NCBI GenBank assembly: GCA_012727625.1
Contig: JAAYGP010000274.1
Location: 1-49,590 of the forward strand
Direction: 5' to 3'
From: Clostridiaceae bacterium
GTDB taxonomy: Bacteria > Bacillota > Clostridia > DSM-8532
DNA length: 49,590 nt
Shown here: positions 47,825-49,590 of the stretch, piece after piece
How the letters are laid out: every line of letters starts with the position of its first letter
How positions within the stretch are numbered: position 1 is the stretch's first letter
Made by a program: the position numbers and the translations under genes
The notes under the pieces: model-generated
Told to the model about the DNA's origin: nothing
Database searches by the model: none
What the model saw: the letters and a program-made list of their open reading frames with translations, nothing else

Positions 47825-48688
47825 ATGCTGAAGCAATTAATTAAACTGATAAGACCAAAACAATGGGTTAAAAATGTTTTCGTATTGGCACCACTGGTGT
47901 TCTCAAGAAAATTCACAAACCCGGAAGCTGTTATAAGGGCATTCTTTGCCATGTTATGCTTTATCGCCGCATCATCTGCTGTTTATATTCTGAACGACAT
48001 TTTAGATCTTGAAAAAGACAGGCTTCATGAAACAAAACGCTTAAGACCCTTGGCATCCGGAAAGCTCAGCAGTACAAACGCTGTAATTTTTATGCTGATT
48101 CTTTTGTCATTAAGCCTTATACCAGCCTTTTTTATAAGCAGAGGGGTTCTTTTCTGCATTGTTGCCTATGTTTTGATGAACATTTTATACAGCACAATTC
48201 TGAAAAACTTTGTGATTGTGGATATCATGGCAATTGCTCTTGGCTTTGTGATCAGGGTAATTTGCGGTGCGGTGGCAATTCCGGTGTATATTTCTTCCTG
48301 GGTCCTTCTATGCACATTTTTCATTGCCCTTTGTATTGGTGCCGGCAAGCGAAAAGCGGAAAAAGCAGTGTTAAACGACGATTCAGCAATGCATAGGCGC
48401 GTGTTGTCCAGTTATACCGACAGTTTTTTGAAAAGCCTGATACAGATAAGCATAACAGGTTCTGCCATAACATATTCATTGTATACTGTTTTGGAATATG
48501 ACATACAGATACCCATGATAACCATACTATTTGTTTTTTACGGCCTTTTCAGGTATATGCAGCTTGTTCTTGCGGAAGATGAGGAAAGACTTCCCGAGGA
48601 AATAATACTTTCAGATGTCCCCTTGATGGCAAGTATTATTCTTTTTGGCATATCCTGGATTGCTATATTCCTTGCATATGGGTTATGA
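47825..48688 (+). CDS. Polyprenyl-phosphate phosphoribosyltransferase (DPPR synthase-type UbiA family)
   Basis: LIRPKQWVKN.FV.AP, YILNDILD.EKDR.H..KR.RPLASG, YS..LK, GFVIRV..G, KRKAE, R.VL..Y, YGLFRY motifs. Confidence 0.88.
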   Translation: MLKQLIKLIRPKQWVKNVFVLAPLVFSRKFTNPEAVIRAFFAMLCFIAASSAVYILNDILDLEKDRLHETKRLRPLASGKLSSTNAVIFMLILLSLSLIPAFFISRGVLFCIVAYVLMNILYSTILKNFVIVDIMAIALGFVIRVICGAVAIPVYISSWVLLCTFFIALCIGAGKRKAEKAVLNDDSAMHRRVLSSYTDSFLKSLIQISITGSAITYSLYTVLEYDIQIPMITILFVFYGLFRYMQLVLAEDEERLPEEIILSDVPLMASIILFGISWIAIFLAYGL

Positions 48689-48721
48689 TAAATTATACAG
48701 CAAGGTGAAAAGGATGAGGAT

Positions 48722-49590
48722 ATGATTCGGACAGTAATTAATGTTTTGTTTAAAAGGCCAATCCTGGCAATTTATGATGTTACAAAGCTTTGCAATCAGC
48801 GTTGCCTTATGTGTAATATATGGAAGACAAAAAGTGAAGACATGAACCTTGAGCAGCTTGAAAAAGAGGTAAAAAAGCTTCACCGGTTTGGTGTGGGGTA
48901 TGTTTTTATCCAGGGTGGGGAGCCGCTTATCAGAAAAGATATTATTGAGGTAATCGATCTGTTTTTAAAATACCATATTAAGCCGACAATTATAACAAAC
49001 GGGATTCTGCTGACTTACGAAATCGCGTCTGAAATCGCAAAACGCCGGTGCAACCTGGCTATAAGCATAGATTCAATGGATCCGGAGCTGTTTGCAAAAC
49101 TTCGCGGTGCGGATAAGCTTCCGGAGGTTATTGCGAATATAGAGAAAATTTCGGATCTTGAAAGAAAGGGTAACTGGTCAATTACAACAACCGTAACAGG
49201 ACTTACGAGATTTGACGATGTAAAAAAGATTGAGGAATTTGCTGAAAAGCATGGTTTTATGTATGCAATAAGGCCATATATATTTGTACGCGGGGTGGCA
49301 GGGAAAAGGAATGACGAACTTGTGTACCGGTGGAAGGATGTTGCGGATATTTTCCTTTATATGTCCGCAAAGGCAAGGCAGAATAATTATCTTGCCTATC
49401 TTGTCTACCAGGAGCACATAAAGTATATAAAGGGTGAGGGAATGCCCATATGCGATGCCGCCAGGTATTCATTCGTCATGACGGAAACCGGCGCAAAAAG
49501 TCCCTGTATTGAATTTACCGACCGTAACTTTAACCTGGAAACTTTCCGAAAAGACAAAAAATGTTTTTATGCCAGCATAAAGGAATGCAA
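48722..49590 (+). CDS. Radical SAM protein with SPASM/twitch-like C-terminus; truncated by window end and absent from the ORF track
   Basis: Open frame from ATG 48722 to the end: MIRTVINVLFKRPILAIYDVTKLCNQRCLMCNIWK (CxxxCxxC), QGGEPLIRKD, ITNG, ISIDS, later CDAARY...G..SPC; GAGG RBS. Confidence 0.92.
   Translation, partial: MIRTVINVLFKRPILAIYDVTKLCNQRCLMCNIWKTKSEDMNLEQLEKEVKKLHRFGVGYVFIQGGEPLIRKDIIEVIDLFLKYHIKPTIITNGILLTYEIASEIAKRRCNLAISIDSMDPELFAKLRGADKLPEVIANIEKISDLERKGNWSITTTVTGLTRFDDVKKIEEFAEKHGFMYAIRPYIFVRGVAGKRNDELVYRWKDVADIFLYMSAKARQNNYLAYLVYQEHIKYIKGEGMPICDAARYSFVMTETGAKSPCIEFTDRNFNLETFRKDKKCFYASIKEC

Noticed and set aside
1082..49472. Many short antisense or overlapping ORFs in the ORF track (e.g. 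13215-13655, 33621-34124, 36235-36747, 38542-39018, 49178-49417)
   Set aside because: They shadow well-supported genes and lack recognisable motifs.

Overview
Low-GC window from a spore-forming Clostridia-type chromosome (inferred from SLH, SipL-like and LoaP genes and SigA/SigE/SigK-like promoters). Bases 1-34.5 kb hold an SLH/Ig-like surface-protein gene and a long, mostly co-oriented surface-glycan locus: MarR-type regulator, Wzz, large WaaL/O-OTase-like protein, priming transferase, GT2, GT4, acyltransferase, Wzy, Wzx, rfbA/B/C without rfbD, DegT and GNAT, TviB/TviC-like pair and CapD. Unusual members are an aldolase, a fold-III PLP enzyme, a class-IV transaminase, a GlmU-like/GHMP-kinase fusion and a B12-binding fusion protein. 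An AlbA_2/Schlafen-like gene and a deletion scar interrupt the 3' end. Next come mscL-loaP, moxR-DUF58-membrane protein, nitroreductase, two probable spore-coat genes, ispE-gntR and rpsF-ssb. rpsR is missing, and ssb is flanked by two ~194-bp internally deleted IS200/IS605 (tnpB/omegaRNA-end) elements. The window ends in a GT-C + UbiA-type phosphoribosyltransferase + radical SAM cluster. Best candidates for new biology: this last cluster, the tnpB-derived elements around ssb, the B12/PLP/aldolase glycan-tailoring set, and a LoaP-type leader ~33 kb from loaP. No rRNA, tRNA or CRISPR array seen. All calls come from motif recognition by eye; no searches were run.
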